From positions 864,001 to 928,000 of the forward strand of contig CAVUVW010000013.1 in the NCBI GenBank assembly GCA_963745035.1: 64,000 nt of DNA, in the 5' to 3' direction. Under the pieces are notes generated by a model, which saw nothing but the letters and a program-made list of their open reading frames with translations, was not told the DNA's origin and made no database searches. Below, piece by piece: positions 52,083 through 63,178 of the stretch. Position numbers and translations under genes: made by a program. Each line of letters starts with the position of its first letter. The first letter of the stretch is position 1. This DNA is from an uncultured delta proteobacterium (GTDB taxonomy: Bacteria > Desulfobacterota > Binatia > UBA9968).

Positions 52083-53138
52083 TTACCAGGCGCGTGTTTC
52101 GCCGAGCTTGAAAATCCAGGCGCGCGCCGGATCGATGCCGCGGCGGCGGACTTCGGCGAGCATGCGTTGCGGCGGCTCGTCGAGCGGCTCTTCCGCCAGA
52201 TCGAAAGTGCCCCAATGTATGCCGAGCAGCACGCGCGCATCGAGATCGATGAATGTCTGCACCGCTTCTTCCGGTGTGAGATGTACGGCCTTCATGATTT
52301 CGGGCGGCAGATAGGCGCCGATGGCGATCGCCGCAACGTCGAACGGTCCAAGCCGCTGGCCTGCTTCCTTGAAGCCCGTGAAATAACCGGTGTCACCGGA
52401 AAAATAGAGCCGCCGCTTCGCGCTCAAGACCGCCCATGACGCCCACAATCGCTCGTTGGCGTCCCACAAGGTGCGTTGGGAAAAATGCTGCGCCGGCACG
52501 CACACAAATCTCACGCCGCGGTATTCGTGCTCCTGCCACCAATCCAACTCCTCGACCCGTATCATTCCGTTATCAGCAAACCAGGCCTTAAGACCGAGCG
52601 GAACCAAAAACAGCGGGTCGTGGGCTGCGGCTAGACGCTTCACCGTCGTCAGGTCGAGATGATCGTAGTGATCGTGCGAGATCAAAACCGCGTCGATGTG
52701 CGGCAGATCTTCGAACGCGAGTCCGGGCGGGCTCATGCGGCGCGGCCCACCCCAGGACACCGGACTGGCTCGCTCGTTCCATTGCGGGTCGGTCAAAATA
52801 TTGACCCCACCGATCTGCACTAAAAGTGTAGAGTGGCCGATCCAGGTAACGCTGGGATTGACACTCCCGCCCCGGAGGATGGCGCCATCGTTGAAGACCC
52901 GCGGCGTGGCGGAGCGACGCGGCGAGATGGACGTCGTCCACAGGCGGCGTATAACGAAGCTCCAGCGCGTCCACGGCGATGGACGGTGAAAATTCACATC
53001 GGTATTGCGAAAGCCGCCTTGCACGTGGTGCGCGGGCTGACCGGGAATCGGCTCCGTGCCGGGGCCGGAACAGGCGATGACCAAGATCGAAAAACACAAT
53101 GCAAGATGAAGCCGTATCATTCTCATCGAAAAAAGCAT
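52083..53138 (-). CDS. MBL-fold metallohydrolase (NAPE-PLD/RomA-like)
   Basis: TWIGHST..ISHDHYDHLD..PAQHFS..YFSGDTGY..IHWGTF. Confidence 0.9.
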   Translation of the reverse strand: MLFSMRMIRLHLALCFSILVIACSGPGTEPIPGQPAHHVQGGFRNTDVNFHRPSPWTRWSFVIRRLWTTSISPRRSATPRVFNDGAILRGGSVNPSVTWIGHSTLLVQIGGVNILTDPQWNERASPVSWGGPRRMSPPGLAFEDLPHIDAVLISHDHYDHLDLTTVKRLAAAHDPLFLVPLGLKAWFADNGMIRVEELDWWQEHEYRGVRFVCVPAQHFSQRTLWDANERLWASWAVLSAKRRLYFSGDTGYFTGFKEAGQRLGPFDVAAIAIGAYLPPEIMKAVHLTPEEAVQTFIDLDARVLLGIHWGTFDLAEEPLDEPPQRMLAEVRRRGIDPARAWIFKLGETRAW

Positions 53139-53367
53139 TCTTGACGGCTGGCGCCATCGATTCCCGAGATCTCGCCGCGCTCCGCCGCAGAAAGGAATTG
53201 ATTTCGAGCGTGCCGAAGGAAACAGGCGGAATCAACAACCTCGCTGAAAAACCAAGTGAGGCAGAATCATGAAATCAATCCTAGTGCGAGCCTATTTGCC
53301 GCTTTGCACACCAGATTTCTTTGTGCCGTCCTTGCACTTGAAAAGAGGAGCTCATGGTGCTGCACCG

Positions 53368-53460
53368 GAGATCATGACCGGTCCGAGAGACCTCTCGCCG
53401 ATAACCGTCAAGTACATTCGCGCCTCCGCGAAAAAAGCCCAGCTCAAAACTCGCACGTAA
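53368..53460 (+). pseudogene. Duplicate of the 3' end of the downstream ThDP decarboxylase gene (55189-55282)
   Basis: EIMTGPRDLSPITVKYIRASAKKAQLKTRT* vs EVMIGPKDLSPVSVKYIRASAKKAQL. Confidence 0.85.
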
Positions 53461-53606
53461 CCTGGAGAGATCTGGCCTTTCCCCTTTGACCTTCAAAACG
53501 CTGCGAATCGACGCGGCCTTAAACTGCCGGCCCGAGGGTTGCCGTGAACGCTGATCGTTGACCGGGATCGGCCGGCGAATTATTTTGGCGGCAAGGAGCC
53601 GCCGTC

Positions 53607-55282
53607 ATGGAACTCAAGATGAAGTTGGGCGATTACCTCGTCGCTTATCTCAAGAAGATCGGCGTTTCCCACCTCTTCGGCATTCCCGGAGATCTGGTCA
53701 TCAATCTGTTCTTCAAGTTCGGCCGCGCTCGGGCGCTCAAGGTCATTACGCTTTCACACGAACCCGGCGTGGGCTTTGCCGCCGATGGTTACGCGCGCGC
53801 AACCGGCCGCATCGGCGCCATCTGCGTAACCTACGGCGCCGGCGGTCACAACATGGTCAACCCGGTCGCCGCCTCGTTTTCCGAGCGCGTGCCGATTCTC
53901 GTCATCAGCGGCGGCCCGGGAGAGGAAGAATGCAAGCTCGGCGTGCTGATCCACCATCAAGCGCGAGAGATCGAGTCCCAGCTCCACATCTACCGGGAAG
54001 TCACCTGCGCCGCCAAGCTCATCAACGATCCGCTGCGCGCGGCCGCCGAGATCGACGAGGTGATCCGCTCCATCTGGCTGAATCAGCAGCCGGGCTACCT
54101 CGAGATTCACCGGGACATGGTCGAATGCGAGATCCCGGTGCCCAAAGAGATCGTTTCGTGGAACGGTGAACTGCCCCATCTCCAATCGGACCGGCGCAAG
54201 CTCGACGAAGCGGTGCGCGAGACCGCCGAACGGTTGAGCCGCGCGCAACGGCCGCTCGTGCTGGTGGGCATCGAGGCCTACCGTTTCAAAGTGGCGAGAG
54301 AGATCGTCAAGCTCGTCGAGAAAATGGGCGTTCCTTGCTGCACCTCGGTGCTCGCCAAAGGCGCTTTTCCGATGAACCATCCGCTGTTCATGGGCGTCTA
54401 TGCGGGCGCAATCAGCCCGCCGCCGATTCGCGCGCGCGTCGAACAGGCGGATCTGATCATCGGTCTGGGCATGTTCCTGACCGACATCGAAATGGGCGGC
54501 GGCCAACCGCCCGAAGCGCTCCGGCACCGGTCGATCTGGGCCGTGGAGAACCGGGTCAACGTGAGCTTGCATACTTACACCGACATCACGCTCCGCGATT
54601 TCGTCGCACGCCTTGCTCCGCGCCGAGCTCAAGCGCCACCGGGAAAAGGTCGTGTACAGCGACAATCTACCGGCCACACACACCTCTCCCCATCGTCCCG
54701 TGCGAGTCGCGGACGTGCTCCGCGAGATCAATCACTTTCTCGCGCAGCAAAAAAAATTCCTGGTGGTGGCGGAGTCGGGCGATTCCCTCTTCGGCGGCAT
54801 CGACATCAAAGTCGGCAACGACGGCCTTTACCTCGCGCAGGGATTTTACGCCTCCATGGGCTTCGCCATCCCCGGAGCATTGGGAGCCCAAATCGGCACC
54901 GGACTTCGCCCACTGATCTTGACCGGCGACGGCGGATTTCAGATGACCGGCGTCGAGATCGCCCATGCGCCCCGCTACCGTCTAAATCCTATCGTCGTGC
55001 TCTTGAACAACGGCGGCTGGGGAATCTTCCGGCCGGTGGTCAAACGTCAAGATTTGCTCGCGCTTCCTTCCTGGCGCTACGCCGAGCTGGCCCGTCTGTG
55101 GGGCGGCCGCGGTTTTCGCGTGGAGACCGTGGGGCAGCTCCGCCGCGCGCTCGAACAGGCGGCCAACTCGTCCGCATTCACGATCGTCGAGGTCATGATC
55201 GGTCCGAAAGACCTCTCGCCGGTCAGCGTCAAGTACATCCGCGCCTCCGCGAAAAAAGCCCAGCTTCAAAACTCGCACTTAG
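53607..55282 (+). CDS. ipdC: ThDP-dependent alpha-keto acid (indolepyruvate/phenylpyruvate) decarboxylase; frameshifts near 54610 and 55265
   Basis: LFGIPGD..HEPGVGFAADGYARA..LIHH..FYASMGFAIPG..LTGDGGFQMTG..LNNGGWG. Confidence 0.8.
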
Positions 55283-55654
55283 CCTGCAGACAACTCGTCC
55301 GCCCGGAACCGGCTACCTGTGAATCACAAACCGATCACACGGTCAGTTCTGATGGCAAAAATGCGCCTCTAAGACTTAGCAACGTTATCGAGGAGAAACC
55401 TTGGAATGCTAACATCAGCGTAAGCCAACTCGAACTCATTCTTCAGAAGACGAGCAAAATATGTCAACGCGGACCCCACCCTCACGCTTGCTCACGTTTT
55501 ATGGGAGACCGGCCTCTAATGCGGCCGAAGTTTGATCCTTTCCGACACAGTTGTGACCAGCGAGGAGGCGTCGAGGACTTCCAAACTCCCGCTCACCGCA
55601 AGTATCATCGCAAAGACGACAATGCTGACTAATTTCAAGAGCTCAGGGTCTCCG

Positions 55655-56720
55655 TTATTGACGCGGCGGCAGGGGCTCGGGCCCGGACATCTTTTTTAAC
55701 AGATCGATGACCTCGGGATCGCGGGGCATCTCCTGGATCATCTTGGTCAACTCTTCGGGCATCAGCGGCGACGCGTCGTCGGTGATGACTTTCTTGAACT
55801 CGGCGCGAAATTCCGGGTCCTTAAAAGTTTTGCGCATGGCTTCCTGCACTATCTCGACTCGATCCTTAGGCGTGCCAGGCGGCAAGACCCACGGCATGGA
55901 AGCGGTTCTGAAGCTCCGCCACATCGACAGGAGCTTTCTCTCCCGATCCGTTTTCGCGAAGGTCTCGATCTCCGGAAGTTGGGCGAGTTTCGGGTGGGCC
56001 GGCCTATCGTTTTTCGGCACGGCCAGGATGGCATGAAAATCCATGATACCCTTGTCGATCCAGTCGCGATTGCGGGTCAGCACCGAAGTCGCATTGTTCG
56101 ATCGCGAATCGATTTCCCCGTTGTTGAGCGCCACGTCGGCTTCCAGCGCGGAGTAGCCCGTAACGAATCTCGGCGCTTTCACATCGAGAAAATAGGCGAA
56201 CAACCGCGCCGAGATATAAGCCGCCCCGCCCACCTCCTGGGCGCCGAGCTTGAGCCCGCTCGCCGCTCGCAGTTTGTCCAGACTGTTGAGGCCGAGCACG
56301 CTGCGCGTGTAGATCACATTGTGGTTCTCGCTGATCGGCGTGCCGAGATGGATGAATTTGTCGATGTCGTACATCACGCCGGTCTCGCGCATGACCTGCA
56401 GGCCGACGACCGAACCGCTGAGCGCGCCGATTGTGAGACCGTCGGGCTTGGCGTTTTGGAATACGTTATTGGCCGCCCTGCGGCCGCCACCCCCATCGAT
56501 AATTTCGACAATGATCGTCGGATTCCCAGGAATGTATTTGCTCAGATATTTTGAAACGGTTTTCACCCGCAAGCTGACAACCCCGCCCGGATCGTTGTTG
56601 ATGATCTTCAGCACTTTGCCTTGATAAAAAGGCGATTGGGAAAAACCCGGAACCGGAAAAACTCCCGGCGACAAAACAAGAGCAGCGACGATTAATCAGC
56701 AGCGGATATCTTGTTCTCAT
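55655..56720 (-). CDS. Bug/TctC-type substrate-binding protein; frameshift in the signal peptide
   Basis: FYQGKVLKII..YIPGNPTII..GGGGRRAAN..PDGLTIG..LPPGTPKDRV. Confidence 0.83.
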
Positions 56721-56997
56721 GAGCGTCTCCTCGAATCCAAGCCATATACGGACTTTCCATTCTAGACAATCTTTTCAAATGAGAAGCCAAACGATGCAGC
56801 AACGCACAGCCGCCAATCGGATCATGGCGCCCGGTAAAAACTCTGTCGCTTCGACACCATCGCGCGAACTGATCTCTTTCTATATGCCTCTCTGTTTTGA
56901 GATTAGTTCGCTCCCAATTTTCCAGCCACTCGCTTGACAATGGCTAAGAATCGTAATGAAAATTACCACCACGCAAGAACACTCGATAGGAGATCCT

Positions 56998-57746
56998 ATG
57001 GCCGAACGGATTTGGGACAAACTACTGAGCGAGCAAGACCGCGCGCATTTAGCGGCGAGCACGCGCAAACATGTCGGATTCGGCACGAAGCCCGCGCTTC
57101 TTTTGATCGACCTCTACCGTTGGGTTTTCGGCGACAAGCCGGAACCATTGCTCGAAGCGATCAAAACGTGGCCGTTGAGCTGCGGGCTCGCCGGTTGGAA
57201 CGCCCTTCCGAATATTCAGAAACTATTGACTGTCGCGAGAGAGATCGGCATTCCCGTAATCCATGTCGTGAACATGGACGGCAACGGCGTGGAGGGCAGA
57301 TATCCGAATAAGGGACGCGAAGACATGAGCCCTGAAGCGCTCGATCGCCGGAGGCGGAAGTACGAAATTATCGATGAGCTAAAACCCATCCCGGGTGAAA
57401 CTCTCTTGCAAAAGTCTTCCCCGAGCGCTTTTTGGGGCACGCCCCTGATCGGCCATCTGAACTGGCTACGAGTGGACACGATTCTGGTTTGCGGCGAAAG
57501 CACGAGTGGATGTGTTCGCGCGAGCGTGGTCGATGGCTGCACCAATCGTTTTCGCATGGTCGTGGCGGAGGAATGTGTCTTCGACCGCCACGAAACAGCT
57601 CACGCAATGAATTTGTTCGATATGGACCGAAAGTATGCAGCCGTGCTGCCTGTCGACGACGTCATCAAATATCTCCGCGGGTGGCAAGCGGAAATAGGCG
57701 GTCAGGGTGCCGGCCGGCGGCCGCCCTACCGGTCACTGAACCTTAA
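56998..57746 (+). CDS. Isochorismatase/cysteine hydrolase family protein (3' end uncertain)
   Basis: KPALLLID..KSSPSAFWGT..GESTSGCVRASVVDG; RBS AGGAG; the track ORF overruns into the convergent gene. Confidence 0.85.
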
Positions 57747-58773
57747 ACACCTCCCTGTACTCGTCGTAGTACTTTTTATAGTCCTTGGCCAAGCTGATAT
57801 CGCTCGCCATCAGATTGACCCCTTCGACGAGCGTGGGCGGCTCGGCCTTGACATCGGACCGCACAGGCACCCGAGCGGTCTTGACCAATAATTCCTGCCC
57901 TTCCCTGGAGAGCAGGAAATCGACGAAAAGCCTGGCGGCATTCGGGTGGGGCGCATGAGCCGCTACGCCGACGACATAGTGATAAGCGATCACCGGATTT
58001 GCCCTCACCCATTCTATCGGCGCGCCGCTCTTCTTCATGACTTCCATCCTGGGAGTATACAGAACGACGCCGAGCTTGAACTCGCCCGCCGCCACTAGCT
58101 GCGCCATCAAGGAGTGGCCGGCGCGAAAAGTAAGGCCCTGAGTCGCCAATCGCCGCATATACTGGATGCCCTTCTCGCGCCCCGTAAATTTCAACATATT
58201 GGCAAACCATTCCGTCTCTTCCCGATCCATGACCATCTGGCCCTTCCACTTTGGATCCAAGAGATCGGACCAATCCTTCGGAGCTTCAGCGCGTGGAACG
58301 AGCTTCGTATTGTATCCGATGGTCGCGGGATTCATGTAGAAACTCGTCCAGTGTCCTTCGCGATCCTTGAAGTCGTCACGATAGAACTTTGAATGAGGCG
58401 AGGCATACTTCGCGAATAAGCCTCTCTCGACGAGCACGTTGCCCTCGAACGAACGGATATTGAATACGTCGGCCTCGCGTCTTCCCGCCCGCGCCTCCGT
58501 GAGAACTTTCTGCAGGAGACTGTCCGACCCGGCGCGAAACTGGGTTGTCTTCAGGAACGGATATTTGCTTTCGAATGCTTTTCTAAGGGTCTCCGATTCA
58601 CTCGCGGTAATCGATCCGTAGAATACCACCGAGCCTTCCTTTTTTGCGCCCTCGACCAGCCTGTCGTGCCTTTCCTTTTCCGTTTCCGCAGCCGCGGCAT
58701 GGCTGGCCGACGGCAAAGTAGACAGCGCTGACGCGATCAACAAAACAATGTAAAATGTTTTCATTCCCTGCAC
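57733..58773 (-). CDS. Extracellular solute-binding protein
   Basis: GAKKEGSVVFY..FESKYPFL..DLLDPKWKGQM..APHPNAARLFVDF. Confidence 0.87.
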   Translation of the reverse strand: MQGMKTFYIVLLIASALSTLPSASHAAAAETEKERHDRLVEGAKKEGSVVFYGSITASESETLRKAFESKYPFLKTTQFRAGSDSLLQKVLTEARAGRREADVFNIRSFEGNVLVERGLFAKYASPHSKFYRDDFKDREGHWTSFYMNPATIGYNTKLVPRAEAPKDWSDLLDPKWKGQMVMDREETEWFANMLKFTGREKGIQYMRRLATQGLTFRAGHSLMAQLVAAGEFKLGVVLYTPRMEVMKKSGAPIEWVRANPVIAYHYVVGVAAHAPHPNAARLFVDFLLSREGQELLVKTARVPVRSDVKAEPPTLVEGVNLMASDISLAKDYKKYYDEYREVFKVQ

Positions 58774-59012
58774 CTCTGTTGTCGAATGGAAAGACCCATG
58801 ACAAAATAACTTTGCGCGGAGTCTCAGAAATATTAGAGGATTTACCGACTGTCAATATAACCGGAGATCGATTCCACGGGTGAAGTACATCAGCTGACCG
58901 TTGTTAGCCCCATGCCGATTCAGATCGATCGTAAGAAAGCAGAGAATCTTGCGCCTCAATTCGACGAAGCGCTCGAACTCGTGCGCAATGAATTCGACGG
59001 GCTCGACCCACA

Positions 59013-59411
59013 TTGCCAGTACCGCAATGCCCTTCGCAAGATGGCGTGTGGGACGCCTTTCCCAAGCTGAGAGTTGGTTTTCTCGAAGGCGGCACAAGCT
59101 GGATCCCCATGGTCATCGATCGGCTGGAACGCGAACGCGAGTACGGCGAGTTGCGTTGCGAGAAGCCCATCATCGATTACTTCCGCAGCGACAGATTTTT
59201 CGTCGGTTGCGAGGGAAACGAAAGCGCGCTGTCCTACGTCATCGATCGGATCGGTCCGCAGGGGTGCGTGTTTGCCTCGGATTTTCCGCACGAAATCGCG
59301 ATGGAAGACGCATTGCACGAGATCAACGAAATTCTCGAACGAAAAGATATCAACGATAAGCACAAAGCCATGATACTCGGAGAAAACGCCAAGAGATTCT
59401 ACAACCTCTAG
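59013..59411 (+). pseudogene. C-terminal fragment of an amidohydrolase-2 family gene
   Basis: GVWDAFPKLRVGFLEGGTSW..VFASDFPHE..ILGENAKRFYNL; N-terminal two thirds absent. Confidence 0.75.
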
Positions 59412-59791
59412 TGTGAGATTCTCCCTGTTACCGTTCGCAAACTGGCAAGAATGGATGCGATGTTCGGCGTGCAGAGCAAAAAAGCAAAACTGCGCCTGTA
59501 GCAGGGGAACAATGAATCTTCCGACCCAACTGAAGATGCGAGCAGGGTGATTTAAAGCGCTGTCAGGCGGTCAAAGAATTGTGTTGCAACGCAAGACATG
59601 ACCCTGCGGCACGTGAGGCCGACTCGCCCGCTCAGCAGGATTCTGGCGCAGCCTGCCAAATCGGTATAGCATTGCCCCCGCTGCTCGCCGTGCATCAAAA
59701 GAAAGCCGACATTCCTCGCCTGCGAAATGACATCTGATGGCTTCAATACCATCTCAGAAAGGTGACTGAGGCGAGTGGAAAATTCTAAGCC

Positions 59792-61345
59792 ATGAATGAT
59801 CCGAGTGCCCCTAAACTGTTTGAAAGCGGTTTTAGAATCCATACAGTCAATCTGATCAAGTGGCTTGATAGCTCAATCACGATGAAGTCCGCCTGCGTGG
59901 TGTTTCTCGGCGTGGCCATAAGCTGGGTTTTGTATTTGTTATTCGGACATCGACTTATCGAGACGATGTACACGACTACGCCTGGTACGATCATCGATCG
60001 GATCCTAAAAGGTAAAAGCAGCACACCTTTGGAAGACTATCTGGAAGCAGCAGACACGCTGATTGTGCTTACTACATTCCACTTCTTTGCAGTCTTCCTG
60101 CCTTTCGTACTTCTGATTAAAAAGCCGCGCCTGCTTCTTTACGGTTCTGGTTTTGTTGCGGCGCTCTCATTCGCGGTTTTTTGCGCGGTTGAGTGGTTTC
60201 CCTCAGTCGGCGACTATATTTGCTTGGATAACGTTAGGTTCCACTATTACAATAAACTGTACATCGGAGACGATAAGTTGATCCATAGGCTGCGGCCTTA
60301 TCTCCGCACTCATAGTCGTTCTGAGCCGCAACGTTATCCCTTGTCGTATGGAATTGAAGTTGAACCAACGACTATTGAATGGATAACGGATGAGGATGGA
60401 TTCAGAAACGCCGACACGACGAGATTTAGCGATGTTATAATTATAGGGGACGGTTTCATTGAAGAAGGACAAAGTCTCGTCGATACTTTTGCCAGCAGGC
60501 TCGAGAAGCATTTATCGCCCATACGAGTAAGGAATCTCGGCACGGGCGGGCATGGCCCGTTCCAGTATCTAGAGGTCCTCAAGAGATATGGCATAAAGCG
60601 TGGTCCAAAGTATGTACTCATTGGTTTCAATGAAGTGAACGATATCACTGACACCGAAAGGTATTTACAGTGGCAAGAGGGAAAGGAGAAAGGCGCAAGC
60701 GTGCTCTACGATTCCAGAACGAGAGTAGTATCGAGACCTTTTTTTGATAGATACGGGCAGACGTTGTTAGGCACGTTTCATCATATTCAAAATGCGGCTT
60801 TGATGATGGCTCACAGGACTCTCGAAAACTTCAACACCTACCGAAAACAGCCAATTCACAAGGACGTAGTTCTGGTCGAACTAGGGAACGCGATCCATAG
60901 AATGCTGTTTATCGACAGGCTAATAACAAAAGCTCCTGAGGAAATATTGGCGTCGAACAGCGGGCGGCGCCTAAAGGAGATACTGCTTGAGTTCAAGAAC
61001 TTGTGTGAGCGGAACAAAATCATTCCAATGATCATGTTTATTCCCTCTGCTGACCACATTTACGCGGAGTATTCCACCCAACAGAGCGGGAGAAGTTGGC
61101 TCAAAATACGACCTGAGCAAATCGCCGCAAAGGCGAATGTGGAGCAGGCAATATCTACCCTGGCCCACGCTCTTGGGATCGAGTTTGTGAGCTTGAGTAT
61201 TGCTTTCGAATCCGCGGCAAAGAATGGCAAGATGCTCTACTATCCCTTAAGCACTCATTGGAATTCTGAAGGAATGGAAGTCGCGGCTGTCTTTGTGGCG
61301 GGTATGTTGAAATCGAAGATTACTACACCTGGAATGAGGCAATGA
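59792..61345 (+). CDS. Membrane-anchored SGNH hydrolase-like protein (AlgX/AlgJ-like)
   Basis: N-terminal TM helices; IIIGDGFIEE, NLGTGGHGP, GFNEVND, STHWNSEG blocks; AT-richer DNA. Confidence 0.7.
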   Translation: MNDPSAPKLFESGFRIHTVNLIKWLDSSITMKSACVVFLGVAISWVLYLLFGHRLIETMYTTTPGTIIDRILKGKSSTPLEDYLEAADTLIVLTTFHFFAVFLPFVLLIKKPRLLLYGSGFVAALSFAVFCAVEWFPSVGDYICLDNVRFHYYNKLYIGDDKLIHRLRPYLRTHSRSEPQRYPLSYGIEVEPTTIEWITDEDGFRNADTTRFSDVIIIGDGFIEEGQSLVDTFASRLEKHLSPIRVRNLGTGGHGPFQYLEVLKRYGIKRGPKYVLIGFNEVNDITDTERYLQWQEGKEKGASVLYDSRTRVVSRPFFDRYGQTLLGTFHHIQNAALMMAHRTLENFNTYRKQPIHKDVVLVELGNAIHRMLFIDRLITKAPEEILASNSGRRLKEILLEFKNLCERNKIIPMIMFIPSADHIYAEYSTQQSGRSWLKIRPEQIAAKANVEQAISTLAHALGIEFVSLSIAFESAAKNGKMLYYPLSTHWNSEGMEVAAVFVAGMLKSKITTPGMRQ

Positions 61346-61467
61346 ATGAGTCCATGTTCAGACTCGCCTTTTCGCCTAGCTGTCCTGATAGCAGAAGAGC
61401 AGAATCGATAGGATGACAGGGTCGTTGAGGCGTCAAATCTTTTGTTGATAGTAACCGGCCTTTACGG

Positions 61468-61700
61468 TTATTGCGCGGGAAGCGGGCCCTCCTCGGAAAC
61501 CTTGCAGCACCTCAATCACCTCGGCGTCGCGCGGCATTTCTCGGATCGCTTTCTCCATCCCTTCGGGCACGAGCGGATCGCGGTCTACGCCGGTGAGCTT
61601 TTCACACTCGCGGTGTAATTCGGTGTCTTTGAACGCCCTGCGCATGGCGTTCTGAAGAACCATAACCTTGTCCTTCGGGCGTTCCCGGCGGCAAGGCGTA
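61468..61700 (-). pseudogene. Degraded 3' fragment of a Bug/TctC SBP gene
   Basis: LPPGTP../VLQNAMRRAFKD..PLVPEGMEKAIREMPRDAEVIE parallels the C-terminus of 55655..56720. Confidence 0.7.
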
Positions 61701-61878
61701 CGGCACGCCCACGAGCCGGTACACGTGAAAAAGCAAACGGGGTTAAGTCTGGAGTTGAGTAAATTTGAGGAATCTCGACAGGCGACATGATCAACAATGG
61801 AACCATGGAGCCGGACAAAGAATCATTGATCGCTTCCGTGAAACGTGGAATCCCTTTGGCAGCGCAGAGATTCGACGG

Positions 61879-62109
61879 TCAAGGCTGCATAGGTCGTTGC
61901 TTCAGGTCCGTCATTACCGACTCACGTTTTGTCTTTTCGGCTCGTTTCTCCGATTCCATTCTCACTGTGGGTAACCCCAAGTTCTTCGCCAGTCGCGCAC
62001 ATGAAGAGCATACAAGCATATTCAGCATAACAACGCCGGCGTTCTCGGAGGTGACGCGATAGAGTTTCTGTTTTGTAATCCGGTTGCAGCGCCGACAAAT
62101 GAAGCTCAT
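61879..62109 (-). CDS. Small CxxC...CxxC zinc-binding hypothetical protein
   Basis: RBS AAGGAG; MSFICRRC..LVCSSC. Confidence 0.65.
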   Translation of the reverse strand: MSFICRRCNRITKQKLYRVTSENAGVVMLNMLVCSSCARLAKNLGLPTVRMESEKRAEKTKRESVMTDLKQRPMQP

Positions 62110-62260
62110 GGGCCTTCTCCTTGTATTTACAAGCGCGAGCTGCTTCGAACAGGTTGACGAACAGTCACCGTAAAGTGCGTGAAAAGTTAAAGGGAGATTA
62201 CAGCAGCGTTAGCAGAAGGAGAAGAAAAAAATCGGCGCGTCGGTTTTTTCGGATGCTAGA

Positions 62261-62284
62261 TTATCCACAGCACGGTGTGAATAA
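62261..62284. promoter_or_regulatory. Pair of oppositely oriented DnaA-box-like sites
   Basis: TTATCCACA (62261-69) and TGTGAATAA (62276-84), followed by AT-rich sequence. Confidence 0.5.
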
Positions 62285-62800
62285 ATTGTTTATAAAGTCC
62301 ATTAAGCGTTGATTTCGCCAGCTATTCTGCCATTAGCCTCAGATTGCCTAATGCATGAGCGCTGGCGAAAAAAGTTGCCGCACTACTCCAATTTGTTTCC
62401 GGTTGTTCAGCTCGCCCGAGTTTGTGGTCAAATTCACGCACAGCACAAAGCTTTCCACAGTTGCAGCCAAACGAGAGTCAACGACAAGTTGCAGCGCGAG
62501 ATCAGCGTGGGTGCCGCTCAGCGTATCAAGCCACCGCCGCAGGTGGCGCCCCCAGCGGGTGTTCGACTTTGCCATCACGCGCAAACTGCTCGAGACGCCA
62601 CATCAATCATGAAACAACCGGCATGAAACAACTGGAGAGCCAATCGTGTCAGACTTGCTTAACTCCATTAATTCACCATTCACTGAAGATGCGCCGACTG
62701 CGCCCTGAGTTTCTGCGGCGGGTCAACAATCGCGCACAACAAGCATCTCGCCGGGCGGGCCCCATGCGCCGCTCTGGGGAGGTTCTGTTTTTAGGTCAAG

Positions 62801-62950
62801 CGATTTTTTGCTAGAGGTCTAACATGAACTTGCCCTTCCAGAAGCCGACGCCGCTACTGCTGCGGAAGTGAGCGATTGGCTCGAGCGCTTCACCGCGTAC
62901 GTGAGCGAGGTCGACTATGCAGCGGCGCGTCCGTTCTGGCATCCTGACAT
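62801..62950 (+). pseudogene. Truncated duplicate of the 5' end of the NTF2-like gene at 63864
   Basis: About 150 bp direct repeat with 63841-63991, including RBS and start. Confidence 0.85.
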
Positions 62951-63178
62951 GAATGAATCAGCGAGGTTCAGGTCTTGCAATGATGTATTCAGCGCATGTG
63001 TGCTTCAGTCCGGCAAAACGCGCCGCCGGAGCCAAAAAGTTAGGGCGCGCTCCAACGGCATGGACATCACGTCTAGACTTGTAGGCCGCTTACCGGCCCG
63101 CTCTCAATACGTTAGGTTGACTCTCAACGCGCGTCCGCATTATCTTTGTCGTCGTCGCGATCTTTGCTCGGACGAACC

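Noticed and set aside
55283-55632. C-terminal extension of the ThDP decarboxylase (ORF 54613..55632)
   Set aside because: The upstream duplicate ends QLKTRT*; one extra base near 55265 explains the read-through.
62261-62300. Chromosomal origin oriC
   Set aside because: Only two strong boxes, with no dnaA, dnaN or gidA context in the window.
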